A stretch of DNA of 64,000 bases, taken from assembly GCA_030141605.1 (NCBI GenBank), contig JAQGDQ010000115.1, positions 434,001 to 498,000 of the forward strand, read 5' to 3'. The notes under the pieces are model-generated. The model was not told the origin of the DNA. It worked only from the letters and a program-made list of their open reading frames with translations, and did not search any database. Source of the DNA: Tubiluchus corallicola (taxonomy: Eukaryota; Animalia; Priapulida). The position numbers were made by a program, and so were the translations under genes. Below are positions 15,201-24,816 of the stretch, in pieces (the first letter of the stretch is position 1; each line of letters begins with the position of its first letter).

Positions 15201-18200
15201 AAAAGCAGTTCACCATTTTTGAAACGGCAGCCGTCGATTACAAAACATCAGAAAGTATGTACAGCAGGCTAGCTTAGGATATTTTCTTATTTCTTCAGTA
15301 GAGGATATTCTTGCCGTTAGTAACTCGTTTAAAACACTTGACAAGGAGCTTTTTGCGTAACTTTCTCATGACATTTTTTTTATTTTTCTATTGTTATGTA
15401 GTTTGTGTGTCATATCATAAGAATGTATTTTCATCTTTTATTTCACCCTCTTTGACTGTTATTATGAATAATAAAAAGCGGAGCACCATTCTTGTAAACA
15501 TGGCTTCTAAATAATAGACTTTAATTGTATTTTTAATAATAACTGAAAGGATCATATATAAAATGAGAAATTATGTTTAGTAGGACAGTTTCACCTACAA
15601 ATGTGTGTCATGGATGACAGCAAGGAACTGAATCCTTTACTAGGTCATTGCCTGTCATCGTTCTGCCCACCACTGGCTTGGTTGCTATATTGGTTCTTGG
15701 CATGAAAATTGTCCTTTGCTGTAAGTCACAACACCGGGCCGCAAGAGCAAAGATTTCAAATTTTCAAAAAATCGTTACTTCTAAAACTAATTATTATAAA
15801 CCAGTATATTTTCTATGAGCGTAAGATAGTGACAGTCGATGTGATGATGATAATATTGATGTTGTAAGTGTGGCATTTGCAGCGGCAGTTGATGATTGTT
15901 AAACTCTTGAAAGCCATTGCTGATTCATGTTGTAAGTTTGTTGTTACAGCAGGAACATCAAGAATGGACTGAAATGCAGCAAAAATTTAATGGAGTTTGT
16001 CAAGCTTCATACAAGTAAGTGTGTCTGTTGCAAAGTCGTGAGATCCAAATGACAACTTACAGAGCCCCATTTTTTTGTTGCTAATCCCTGTTTTTACTTT
16101 TTGATTAGTTTATAAAAAAAGGTCTTTGTCAGTTTTTATGGCACATGTATCTGTGTACTAGCTTTTCTTTTCGTACCAAAGTTTTGAAAACATTTTTCAT
16201 CTTATTGACTTGTCATATGGAAGAGTTGTCTGGCACTCTAAGTTATTGTTTTGGTGGAAATGACCAATGTTTTTTCATTAGATTACAAGATTAGTGTTCT
16301 AAACATAATTATACATATTTTTTGTCTGCAACTACTAAAATAAGTCCTTATTTTAGAATTTGGGCAGAACATACGGCTCAACGGCTGGTTTCAGAGTTTT
16401 CTGGAGTGTTATTTTCCTCGACTGACAGCCCGAAATTCCTAAAGGAATTGCCAGTAAGTTTGCTTCCAATTTCTTGAGAATTACAAGTGTTGGTGTCATG
16501 CAAGGGGCAACTCTGGTTTCTCACATTTTCTGCTATTAATTTGCAGTTAATGGGGAAGAGGCAATCCTGCAGATAATTTACAAATTATGGTTAAAGTTTG
16601 TTATTGACAAGTACCACAGGAATGTTAAACAATTTCAATGTAATTTGAAATTTTGTAAATCACGTGCAGTAATGTGAAGTCAACACTGTAAACCACATGT
16701 TTTAGCAAAATGTGCTTCAATCTTAATGCTATTAATAACTAATTATGTTTATATAAAAAACAATAGAAGGTACATTTTTAATTGCAACAGCAAAATGCAA
16801 TTAAAAAATTATAATGTATCTTATATGATTAGTTATTAAGTTGTTTATAAATTATGTTTTAATTAGATTAGGTGTAATTAAGTGTATCTTTAGTGAAAAG
16901 ATGGCAATACAACTTTATAATATAAAATGGTACACTGCAAGATTGAATCCAGCACTTGATGGCTATTTAAGGTAGACAGTTGTGGCAGGACTGGATCCAT
17001 GCTGATTATCAAAGCTACACTATCAAAGCGTAATGCAGACAGCATTACGGGCTCTTCATTAAAATTTCCAAGCAGTGAGAACATTTGAAGCCAATCTACG
17101 TGCCTATTAACAACACCTTCTTAGTTTAATTGTTTCACGGTTGGCATGTTTTAACTAAACTGCTTTTTCGTTTAACGTGTACTTCTCATTCTTTGACAGG
17201 TTTGGGAAACCATAGAGATACAGGAGGAGTCTGAAGAAGGGAAGCCAGTTAATTCTGTTATCAGAGTTCCGGCTCAGGTATGCAAACTGTCAGCAATGCA
17301 AATTCACACAGTGTAGATAGTTCTAGTTAATTAGTTTCCACCTGCTATTCTGTTGTGTTTAGTTGACTCAGGTTAAACTTGTTATTCTTCCCATCATCTG
17401 TGCGGCCGGATTTTGTGTCCGTTTTCCACTTGTCTCATTGAACGTTATCTGATTGATTTAAGCTTTAAAAATGAACCACAGTCTCAAAGTAAGCGATCCC
17501 AACTGGGCAGTACAAAACCTTTCATCTTGCTTTGGTGTGTGCATATCATGTGATCACATGCGTAAAGCATATTTGTTAAATCTGTATGCCAAAAATACCA
17601 GTTGGTCTGCTGCTGGAAAGATAATGCAGCTGTTCTAAGCTCTTGCTTAAGTGCCAGTTTCCAAATATGAAAAATAACTAGAATGTTCAAAATGTGTGGA
17701 TTGTTTGGAGCACTACTATTGTGTTTTAAAATAAATGAGATCCCATCATTGCTTAGTATCAGCTGGAAGATATTACTGGAAATAAAGTTGTTGTGGGTAC
17801 AATAATATATTTTATTTTACTTCTTTTGAAGGGCCACCTATCACCTTAGACTACTGTCTGGTAAAACTTTTGTGACCGATATTGCTTGTACATTACAAAA
17901 TTCTAATACGTTTTAGTGTGTTTTAAAGATACTTCACTTCTAGTTCCTTCACAAGTTTTGTAGATATTAAACGGCAACGATATGACAATAGAGCATCTGC
18001 CTGGGAAATGTTTGTTCTTTTTATTTTAGCAGCATTATTTGATTTACATTTTTTGTTTTCATATTTTCTCTATGTAGTCATGTTCATTTAGAGTTGTAAC
18101 ATCAATTTTAGTGTTTATGAAAATGTTTTTCAGGCTTCTTGGTTTGTGCACAAACTTTTGTACGAAGTCTGCAGTAACGTCAATCAAGTAGGAGGGCATG

Positions 18201-20816
18201 CATTGGCAAAGTAAGATCATTTTCAGCACCTTTCATTAAGATAAAAGGCTATACGAAGTGGTCACAGTATGCGATTAGCAGCTGAAGTTAAGCAACACTG
18301 AGGTTGGTCAGCAAATAGGTGGATGTGTGGCAGCCAGGTCTATACTTCACCCGTTGTTTTACTCGCTAATCGTTTACGCCAAATTGAAGTTGAATTAAAG
18401 CCACATCAGAATGCAGCTAAGACTCATTTAATGGTTCAGTGTCTCTTCTTAGAGTGTAGCTTTGATAATCAGCATGGATCCAGTCCTGCCATAACTGTCT
18501 AGCTTAAATAGCTCTCAAGTGCTGGATTCAATCTTGCAGCGTACCATTTTATATTATAAAGTTGTATTGCCATCTTTTCACTAAAGATACACTTAATTAC
18601 ACCTAATCTAATTAAAACATAATTTCTAAACAACTTAATAACTAATCATATAACATACATTATAATTTTTTAATTGCATTTTGCTGTTGCAATTAAAAAT
18701 GTACCTTCTATTGTTTTTTATATAAACATAATTAGTTATTAATAGCATTAAGATTGAAGCATAGATTGCTTAACTAAGGTTTCTGATGAAATCTTGCATT
18801 AGTTTTGAAATATCATTTAAAATGCTTCACAATGTCTTGTAGATCAGTCGTACAAAGTCTTATTCAGTCTGTGGGAAGAGGTGTGCTCTCTGCCTATTCA
18901 GAGTTTTTGCTCAAACACAACTCTGAGAATTCAGATGTTATGATACTAACGCAGATACGGGCTCTGCAGATGGCATATGACATTAGATGTTTGCATGGCG
19001 TCATGATCGCTACAGATGATACGGAGGTAAATATGGTTGCAATGTCGAAAAATTGGCTCTCACACAGTTTTTTAAAGTGTGAAAACATTTTATGTTTTTT
19101 TTAATTTGTTTTCTGAAAAAATGATCCAGGAGGAAATTTGTTTTAAAAGAGTGTACACATGCAGCAATTTTTTTGCTACTGCAGTACAAGCAACTAGTGG
19201 AAGCTCTTGTACTTCCTATAATAACCACAGTTCATGAAGAAACATGTTAGCATTTTCCTAACATGCTACTGGCAATTTAGTCTTGGTTTTCTGTATAGTA
19301 AAAGAATACAATAAACAAGTTCAGAAAATGTGACTAAGTTGGCAATTTTATAAGCAGTTAGCTCTTTTGGTCCCATTGTAAAATCTTTACTCACTTTAAT
19401 TCTCTATAAACAAACACCGACATCTGAGGTGAAAGGTTGCTTTTTGCATTTCGTCTGAAATATTAGTTCCTAATATCTACATCGTAACTGGGATTAAAAT
19501 TGAATTAAAATTCTCACTACATTCACTTGTGATGCATCTACGTTATTGGCACTCAGGTTACATGCTCGGCCAATTAATATAAAATGACATTAATGTTCTT
19601 TTAAACACACCTTATTTGGCTATTAAAACTTTACCACTGCCACCACCTCCAGATGTTTTTCAGATGTCCTTACATTATGTCATATTTGATTTTAAAAATT
19701 CAATAAATCTATCAGGTTTGCTTCACCATTATGTCATAATCTTAAAGTTAAGATTTCGTGCAATTGATTATGCATGTGATTCTAATATAATTGCCACTAG
19801 GATAATAATGAACTATGGGCATGTAAGTTGTTTTATCTTATACAAAAAACTTTATAGTGCGGAAAAGAACTGGACAAAATGACTGAAGAAATTATTGCCT
19901 GTGTGGAAGGGCATATCGATCCGTTTGATTTGGACGTATTTTCACCGCATATTCAGAATCACCTGTCGAAGCACATACAACGATGCCAGGTATTCCATGT
20001 TTTTTCATTTGTTTTTAACAAAAAAGTTTTGGTTTTTCCAGCGAGTTGAGTAAAGTTTGATTGTAACTGGTCATATCATAATAGGCAGACATAACAAATC
20101 CACTGAGAACTAATTCCAGTGGGAGGCTTGAACTGGCAACTTTTTGTCTACAAGTTTGTGATCTAACCAACTGTGCTAACAGCCCTAGGCTAGCTTAACA
20201 ATCTTAAATGGATTATGCTTACGTATTTATGCGCACTTTAGTGAATATAAAATGATTAGAAATTCACAACAAAATTGTTATATTTAGATTTTGGGCCTAG
20301 AATGCCAGTTTTAAAGAAATTATGTGTTTCATGAATTTTATTTGCTATCAATAATTGTGATCAAAAGAAATATCTAAACTTCTAAACTGGCATTCCTCTT
20401 GACAGATCATCACTTGTGAGAGAAAGCTCTCTAGTCTGAATGCGCCGTACGACCTTATAAGTGCAAACGTTGTGCAAATGTGAAACAATTGCATTATCGA
20501 ATGTCAATAATAATTTAGAAAACCCTTTCACACGGTTAAGACAATCCTAGTTTGACGACTTTTTTGACTTTTTTACTAGGCTTTGTATGGTGCCATTATG
20601 AGTTTGGACAGTCGGGGTGTCTATGCGTCCGGTCGACCCGTACCTGCGGGCCACCAAGAGCAGCACAATCTTCTTCAGTTGGGCTCTTCTTCGGCACATT
20701 TTCCTCTTTTGCCTGTGAGCAGTATGTCCAGTCAAGCTATGGATGAAATATTGGCACTGCCACAATCTCCTATGATAAAGTCATTGGTAAGTTTCTGCCT
20801 TTCCTTTTTTCTGTTT

Positions 20817-20915
<99 letters not shown>

Positions 20916-23900
20916 CCTTCTCTCTCTCCCCCTTCTCTCTTCTGTTTCTTTCCTTTTTACCTTAGATTTCCATTCAGGTAAAATGAATTAGTTTTATAAT
21001 TCTGGCAAACCTGGATGAACAGGGTAACTGGATGGACGTTCAAGAATATTCTTTATATCTAGGGGAATAGTTTCCACCGTACTTGGAGACAGAGTCAAAA
21101 CTTTTACATTTAGCATCTGTTAGGGATACTGCATCACTAACACAAGAGACATGTTTGGAATTTTTTATGAGTAAATTTGTCGCAGTCACATTTTTTAAAG
21201 CTTTAGCTAGATTTGCCATGTATTGATTAACTGTGTTAACATTAACCGTCAAAGCAATGTCTACAGCCGAATAATCTAGTGAACGTGTTTGGTTTTGTGC
21301 CGTGCATGCAAGATGCATTGTATTGCATTAAACCAGCAAATTGCACAATCTTGATATTTTTTATATTTTATGCTGTCAATAAGTTTTTATGTTGTTATTC
21401 ATCATTAAAATTTACGTTTCACATGACTTCGCATGTTTCTTTTAGTGTCATTGATACACATACAGAATAATGTATACTAAACAAAAGAAAAGAACTAGAA
21501 AAGAGAGAAAACTATAAAATTTGAAACGCTGTTAAGTTATGTGAGATTTTCTCAGTCCGATAAAAACTAGTTTCCCAAGCAGATACCCTAACTGCATGTG
21601 TGCGTTTGACCTGTTAAATTTGTTCCTTAAATGAAGCAGTGATTTGTTTATGTAAAGTGTATTTTTTATTTTGCATTTTGAAGTTGGATATGGATATTGT
21701 ACGTAGCATAGTAAGTAATCGTGTTTTTTATTTGCAGTTTTTCTTTTTCATTTGTGTTTTAGCACATTTGTTCTTTGCTCGACGTTTTGTTCATGTTTTT
21801 ATTACTTTCTGCTGAGCTCATCACCTTTGCATTAGAGCATTTGGAATGTCATAGTTTGTGTCTTTTTATTTTTTCTTAATGTGACGAGAGTTGTTTAAAA
21901 TTATTCCTTTTTCTTTTCGTCTCTTCTTCCTAAACTCATCGTGTTTTCGAGGAATGTAAATGTTATTATTCAGTTTTCACTATTTGGAACTGTACAGGGT
22001 TGAACATAACCTTTTGCTATGGGAGAGGAGGGTAGGGAGAGAGGAGTACAAAAACAGTGAGTAATACTGTTTTTGACAATTTATATTATCAAAGTATTGC
22101 TGAAATAATTGTGAATTTATTCTGTTGTGAAAAAGTAAAGAGCAATAATTACAATTTTAACAAAATTGAGATTCTGATGCTTCCTTACCAAACAGACGGA
22201 GCTCTTTCTTGCTATTGTAATGAAATTTCATTTTAAGCAGTAGTTTTTGTGTAATAAGTAACTTCCAGTGGTATAGTATGCAAAAACGAGCCCCATTACA
22301 GAAATAAAGGCAGTAATTGTCCAGGGTGCTATCAAGAATTAGCGCTTATGGTGCCCCACAGAAACGCAACAGTAACTTTTAATTTTCCCTGCAGACTAAG
22401 TAGCATTATCTCCATGTACATTTGTGGTCTATCTTACATTAGAACACGAGTTTAAATGAATATACTGCTGTTTGACTTTGTGAAAAATTTACAAGGGTGT
22501 CATTGTTAAGCCATTGGTGCAAGGAGCAGTATCTGTCAACTCAGTAGATTTTACTCTTTTAATTTTATTTACAAATGGATGGCTTGGCTCCTCTTTTGGC
22601 ACAAAAACAGTCAATTATACACTTACGTTGAGAGGAAAATTCTATGTTCATTAGTGGCATAATTATTTGGTGGTAACATTCATAACTTTAATTGCATTTT
22701 TCTCAAAAGCAAGATTTTTTCGTTACTGTGCTCTCTATTTTTGCATGGCAGTATCGTTCTTTGAATGTTTTGTATGAATATCTTGCACACCTGGCGGAAC
22801 CTCAATTTTGAAAAGTGTGATCTAAGCAGCAACCTGAAAGGTCTGGGATTAATTTTTTTCAACTAAAGTGAATATTATGGAAATTCACCGGACTTCAACT
22901 CGAGAAACAGAGTTGTCGCTTAGATGATCTAAGAACATGCCCACTGATCTGTATTTAAGAGACAAACTTGTGAGACACTTGCAAGATGTTTTGCAGGACC
23001 TTGAGTTATTCGAGTCATTGCTCCAGTCATACCTCTCAAGATTACAGGCTGCGCAAGACATCCAAGGCTTGTGATGTACAGAATAATGTATCCTGAACAA
23101 GAAAAAAAGGCGAGAAAACAATGAAATTTAAGTCAAGTGAGATTTTCTGAGCCTGATAAAAACCTGTTTCCCAAGCAGATAGTCTAATTTTTTATTGAAT
23201 GGATATTTGTAATAGTAGTTGACTTGGACTATTTGTCGAATAGCCACACTAAATTTTGATGGTATGATAGGTTCGCAATTGTTTTAACATTTCTTTGATA
23301 CAATTAATTATTATGTAATGTTACTCATTGCTTTTTTTACTCCTGTACATTTCCTGTGGTGCTGTTCAAAGACAACAATCTCTTGTGAGTGATTGAAGCC
23401 AGCCTTTACAGTGCTTCTTATGTAACAATTCAACCATTTTGTTTCTTTTTATGTATTGTTCAAATTGACAATTTTGTTTTGCTACTGCATGGCCTTTTAC
23501 GTTTTTAACTGCTCACCTTCATCTTAAGGAAAAGCTTTTAATTCTAAGTGACTATATAGTATAGGTAATTAATTAGTATTCGAGTAAGCGAGAGTAATAT
23601 GAATCACATTCTTGATTTGTCTTGTTTTTAATATTATAAAAACTGTGAATTATAACATCACTTTTTGTTTGTTAATTACTATTTGTTTATTTACATTGAA
23701 CTTCGTTCACTGTTTATACTGACATATCCTTGTTCTAATGTCATGTTCTAACAATGAGTAAAGAAGCCCTTTTTTCATAGCAAATTCAGAGTTTTTTGCA
23801 TAGGACTTTGCTTGTGCAAGATCAGTAGTCTCTGAAACAATTTACCTTCTGTGATTACAATACTGGGTAGTTAGGAAAGTCGAAATCATGGGCTTCCTCA

Positions 23901-24562
23901 ACTGGCCATCCTCTAACTCGCCCACACACATCTTGAATATTTTTTACTCGTGGATTTTTTACCGACATTTACATAGCTTGAAGTAAACTTATTGCAAATT
24001 CTTTAAGTAATCCGGAATAGCTATATTTTCTTTGTCAATAAAAATGTTCTTTAAGAAATACCACTATTTTGCTATTTGTTGTAAACCGGCACATGAAAAA
24101 ACATATTTTTCCCAAATGTTACCAAAGTTTGAGGGCCCTTCCGGGCTTGAGGGTCCTTAGGCTGCAGTCCCGTATTACATTATTAGGATAATCCAGCCCA
24201 GGGTGATTGTTGTCATAGGGTTGTTAAACTTCATCAGAAATTTCTGACTTTTTGCTAGAACCTAAACTTGTAATTTGTAATTAAATGGTTTGAAAAACAA
24301 TATTTTTAATTTTTAACTTTCTGATTTTGTTCCGATTTTTTTAATTAAATGGATATTTATAATAGTAGTCGACTGGGACTATTTGTCGAATGGCCATTAT
24401 AGTGTATTTATTGTTTGACTTTTTTGTACCTAACAGAGCAGTCCAGTGATTCAAGATGCAGAAGATGAGGACCAAAACCGAAACAATACATCGCCTCTTC
24501 CGAGATCCGCTACTTCGTTCTTTGGTGCAATGAGCTCCAGCTGGTTTGGTGGTGGTCGCTGA
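3193..24562 (+). CDS. COG1: Conserved oligomeric Golgi complex subunit 1, 23 coding exons, ~953 aa
   Basis: GT-AG exons: 3193-3278, 3906-3950, 4788-5031, 6281-6466, 6890-6931, 7212-7298, 7948-8089, 8866-8922, 9194-9332, 10494-10704, 11552-11643, 12892-13050, 13463-13636, 14736-14831, 15119-15254, 15950-16014, 16357-16453, 17200-17277, 18134-18210, 18843-19026, 19858-19989, 20580-20786, 24437-24562. They sum to 2862 nt and all phases are consistent. Motifs matching metazoan COG1 include EIEKKKEDLRQMVGERYRDLIEAADTI, QIKLLLDLPEKIW, LCSILLLEDSTPRQ, WETIEIQEE, NQVGGHAL, RALQMAYD and IDPFDLDVFSPH. The start codon is the least certain part. Confidence 0.95.
3906..3950 (+). CDS. COG1: COG1 exon 2
   Basis: TTTGCAG|...NEIEKKKEDLRQMVG...|GTGAGC. 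Confidence 0.92.
4788..5031 (+). CDS. COG1: COG1 exon 3
   Basis: ERYRDLIEAADTIKEM...QIKLLLDLPEK|GTGAGA. Confidence 0.95.
6281..6466 (+). CDS. COG1: COG1 exon 4
   Basis: IWAAADQHNYLKATQLYLLARHIH...FPLLTRQWSAISQFKSAILQ|GTATGA. Confidence 0.93.
6571..6665 (+). mobile_element. tRNA/5S-chimeric SINE head copy
   Basis: GAGTGATCACA...GAAGTTAAACAG...GGTTAATAAATGGATGGGTGA, resembling the 5S internal control region. Confidence 0.65.
6682..6824. repeat. 29-bp minisatellite, ~5 copies
   Basis: Unit ACAGTTGTGGAACTATTAGTGCAACTAGT repeated head to tail. Confidence 0.9.
6890..6931 (+). CDS. COG1: COG1 exon 5
   Basis: TTCTTTAG|GCRAILKDASASQQ|GTGAGT; phase 0-0. Confidence 0.85.
7212..7298 (+). CDS. COG1: COG1 exon 6
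   Basis: LTTDCLCSILLLEDSTPRQMYTEFLLARA|GTAAGT. Confidence 0.93.
7948..8089 (+). CDS. COG1: COG1 exon 7
   Basis: NAVQQLF...SIKALVCSVVELVCSTLQEINNIFY...|GTATTG. Confidence 0.87.
8403..8475. repeat. 27-bp tandem repeat, ~2.7 copies
   Basis: Unit GCAGAGAATATCAGTAATGCAGAGAGT. Confidence 0.9.
8866..8922 (+). CDS. COG1: COG1 exon 8
   Basis: TTTCAG|DCDLLLKSLNKITTTDQL|GTAAGT; phase 1-1. Confidence 0.85.
9194..9332 (+). CDS. COG1: COG1 exon 9
   Basis: FMKHLPDTVVGFHPVLRT...CHQWIT|GTACGA. Confidence 0.88.
9814..9886 (+). mobile_element. tRNA/5S-chimeric SINE head copy
   Basis: AATAGCTAAGTGGCCACAG...ACTGAAGTTAAACAACA...AGGTTAGTAAATGCGTGGGT. Confidence 0.7.
10494..10704 (+). CDS. COG1: COG1 exon 10
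   Basis: CIQDVHSGVAAQL...IREVVWQLL...WEEFLRPLFLHRIQ|GTACAA. Confidence 0.9.
10955..11413 (-). mobile_element. Penelope-like retroelement 3' remnant (GIY-YIG endonuclease C-terminus plus pseudo-LTR with degenerate hammerhead)
   Basis: The minus strand reads HLGICSRTVKKLNSPPQSSIHVH...DH.../NFTIMAKARNNRDLLINEGLSTYPNKPSLN, the conserved C-terminal pattern of PLE GIY-YIG domains. It is followed by a hammerhead-like motif at 10993..11035. Confidence 0.8.
11552..11643 (+). CDS. COG1: COG1 exon 11
   Basis: TTTTCAG|GIIQQELNNTVDSAVEFLNKAQNDLTLEND|GTACAA. Confidence 0.85.
12381..12688. mobile_element. Complete Tigger/pogo-like (Tc1/mariner superfamily) MITE, 308 bp
   Basis: TA|CAGGTAGTCGTCGACTTATGAC ... 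ATCGTAAGTTGAAGACTACCTG|TA: ~22-bp TIRs with TA target duplication. Confidence 0.88.
12892..13050 (+). CDS. COG1: COG1 exon 12
   Basis: YESNVLVYIWTESPGDIP...GLMMKAKAYTPFVQ|GTAAGT. Confidence 0.93.
13463..13636 (+). CDS. COG1: COG1 exon 13
   Basis: LCSTVDEQLQLLLQDVASY...SCKDGFQ|GTATGA. Confidence 0.88.
13718..13920 (+). mobile_element. tRNA/5S-chimeric SINE copy with body
   Basis: AATAGCTGAGTGATCACAG...GTGGATGGGTGACCAC. The downstream TGCATTCAAATATGGCTAAG motif is shared with the copy at 43471. Confidence 0.7.
13978..14584. mobile_element. Kolobok-like non-autonomous DNA transposon, 607 bp
   Basis: TTAA|AGCAAAGCAAG ... CTTGCTTTCCT|TTAA: short TIRs with AG...CT termini and TTAA TSD. A second copy lies at ~31875..32433. 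Confidence 0.75.
14736..14831 (+). CDS. COG1: COG1 exon 14
   Basis: LLNFMLTELERHKSILAQ...HSMN|GTAAAT; phase 2-2. Confidence 0.85.
15119..15254 (+). CDS. COG1: COG1 exon 15
   Basis: ILLLARFCNGMTQSSPGLTQCLAGK...HQK|GTATGT. Confidence 0.88.
15950..16014 (+). CDS. COG1: COG1 exon 16 (NAGNAG acceptor)
   Basis: TACAG CAG|EHQEWTEMQQKFNGVCQASY|GTAAGT. Confidence 0.87.
16357..16453 (+). CDS. COG1: COG1 exon 17
   Basis: IWAEHTAQRLVSEFSGVLF...KELP|GTAAGT. Confidence 0.88.
16713..17021 (+). repeat. Left arm of 309-bp inverted repeat (COG1 intron 17)
   Basis: Reverse complement of 18453..18761 with ~7 mismatches counted by hand. Confidence 0.95.
17200..17277 (+). CDS. COG1: COG1 exon 18
   Basis: VWETIEIQEESEEGKPVNSVIRVPAQ|GTATGC. 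Confidence 0.94.
18134..18210 (+). CDS. COG1: COG1 exon 19
   Basis: ASWFVHKLLYEVCSNVNQVGGHALA|GTAAGA. Confidence 0.94.
18246..18340 (+). mobile_element. tRNA/5S-chimeric SINE head copy
   Basis: AGTGGTCACAGTATGCGATTAGCAGCTGAAGTTAAGCAACACTGAGGTTGGTCAGCAAATAGGTGG. Confidence 0.72.
18453..18761 (-). repeat. Right arm of 309-bp inverted repeat (COG1 intron 19)
   Basis: Reverse complement of 16713..17021. Confidence 0.95.
18843..19026 (+). CDS. COG1: COG1 exon 20
   Basis: SVVQSLIQSVG...LTQIRALQMAYDIRCL...DTE|GTAAAT. Confidence 0.92.
19858..19989 (+). CDS. COG1: COG1 exon 21
   Basis: CGKELDKM...VEGHIDPFDLDVFSPHIQNHL...CQ|GTATTC. Confidence 0.92.
20112..20186 (-). mobile_element. Degenerate tRNA-derived SINE head or pseudo-tRNA
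   Basis: Minus strand GGGCTGTTAGCACAGTTGGTTAGA...GTTCAAGCC gives A and B boxes at tRNA-like spacing, but the stems do not pair. Confidence 0.6.
20580..20786 (+). CDS. COG1: COG1 exon 22
   Basis: ALYGAIMSL...EQHNLLQLGSSSAHFPLLPVS...KSL|GTAAGT. Confidence 0.9.
20821..20904. repeat. (CT)n microsatellite
   Basis: About 42 perfect CT units just 3' of COG1 exon 22. Confidence 0.98.
24437..24562 (+). CDS. COG1: COG1 terminal coding exon 23
   Basis: CTAACAG|SSPVIQDAEDED...SATSFFGAMSSSWFGGGR*; phase 0 fits exon 22, and the hydrophobic SFF...SWF tail resembles invertebrate COG1 C-termini. Confidence 0.82.
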   Translation, partial: SSPVIQDAEDEDQNRNNTSPLPRSATSFFGAMSSSWFGGGR

Positions 24563-24655
24563 AAGCAAGGGTGCATAATCGTAAGTTCATTAATACCAGC
24601 TTTCTCGTGACTGCTTTTTTATGGAGCTATGTTTGAAGAAATTTTCTTATTAATG

Positions 24656-24816
24656 CAGTGGTGGCTCTAGCTAAAATTAAGTTTAAGATTTATATAGTGT
24701 ACAGGTATAAAGAAAGAATTAAAGAAAAAGAATCATTATATTAAATGTAATCAATAATAACGAGTGAAAATAGGGGGTGCTACTGTTTCGTCTTGCCTAT
24801 ACACGAGCCGCCACTG
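24656..24816. mobile_element. hAT-type MITE, 161 bp, just downstream of the COG1 stop
   Basis: TIRs CAGTGGTGGCTC / GAGCCGCCACTG; 8-bp TSD TATTAATG / CATTAATG (7/8 match). Confidence 0.8.

Noticed and set aside
16713-18761. Inverted repeat as TIRs of a Pack-type transposon that captured exons
   Set aside because: No TSD at the outer ends, and the enclosed exons are the in-frame native COG1 exons rather than duplicates.
20112-20186. Functional tRNA gene (also 27074 and 28606)
   Set aside because: The acceptor and anticodon stems do not pair; treated as SINE heads.
21312-21330. miR-33-like ATGCATTGTATTGCATT
   Set aside because: Imperfect match with no hairpin partner; miR-33 normally lies in SREBP introns.
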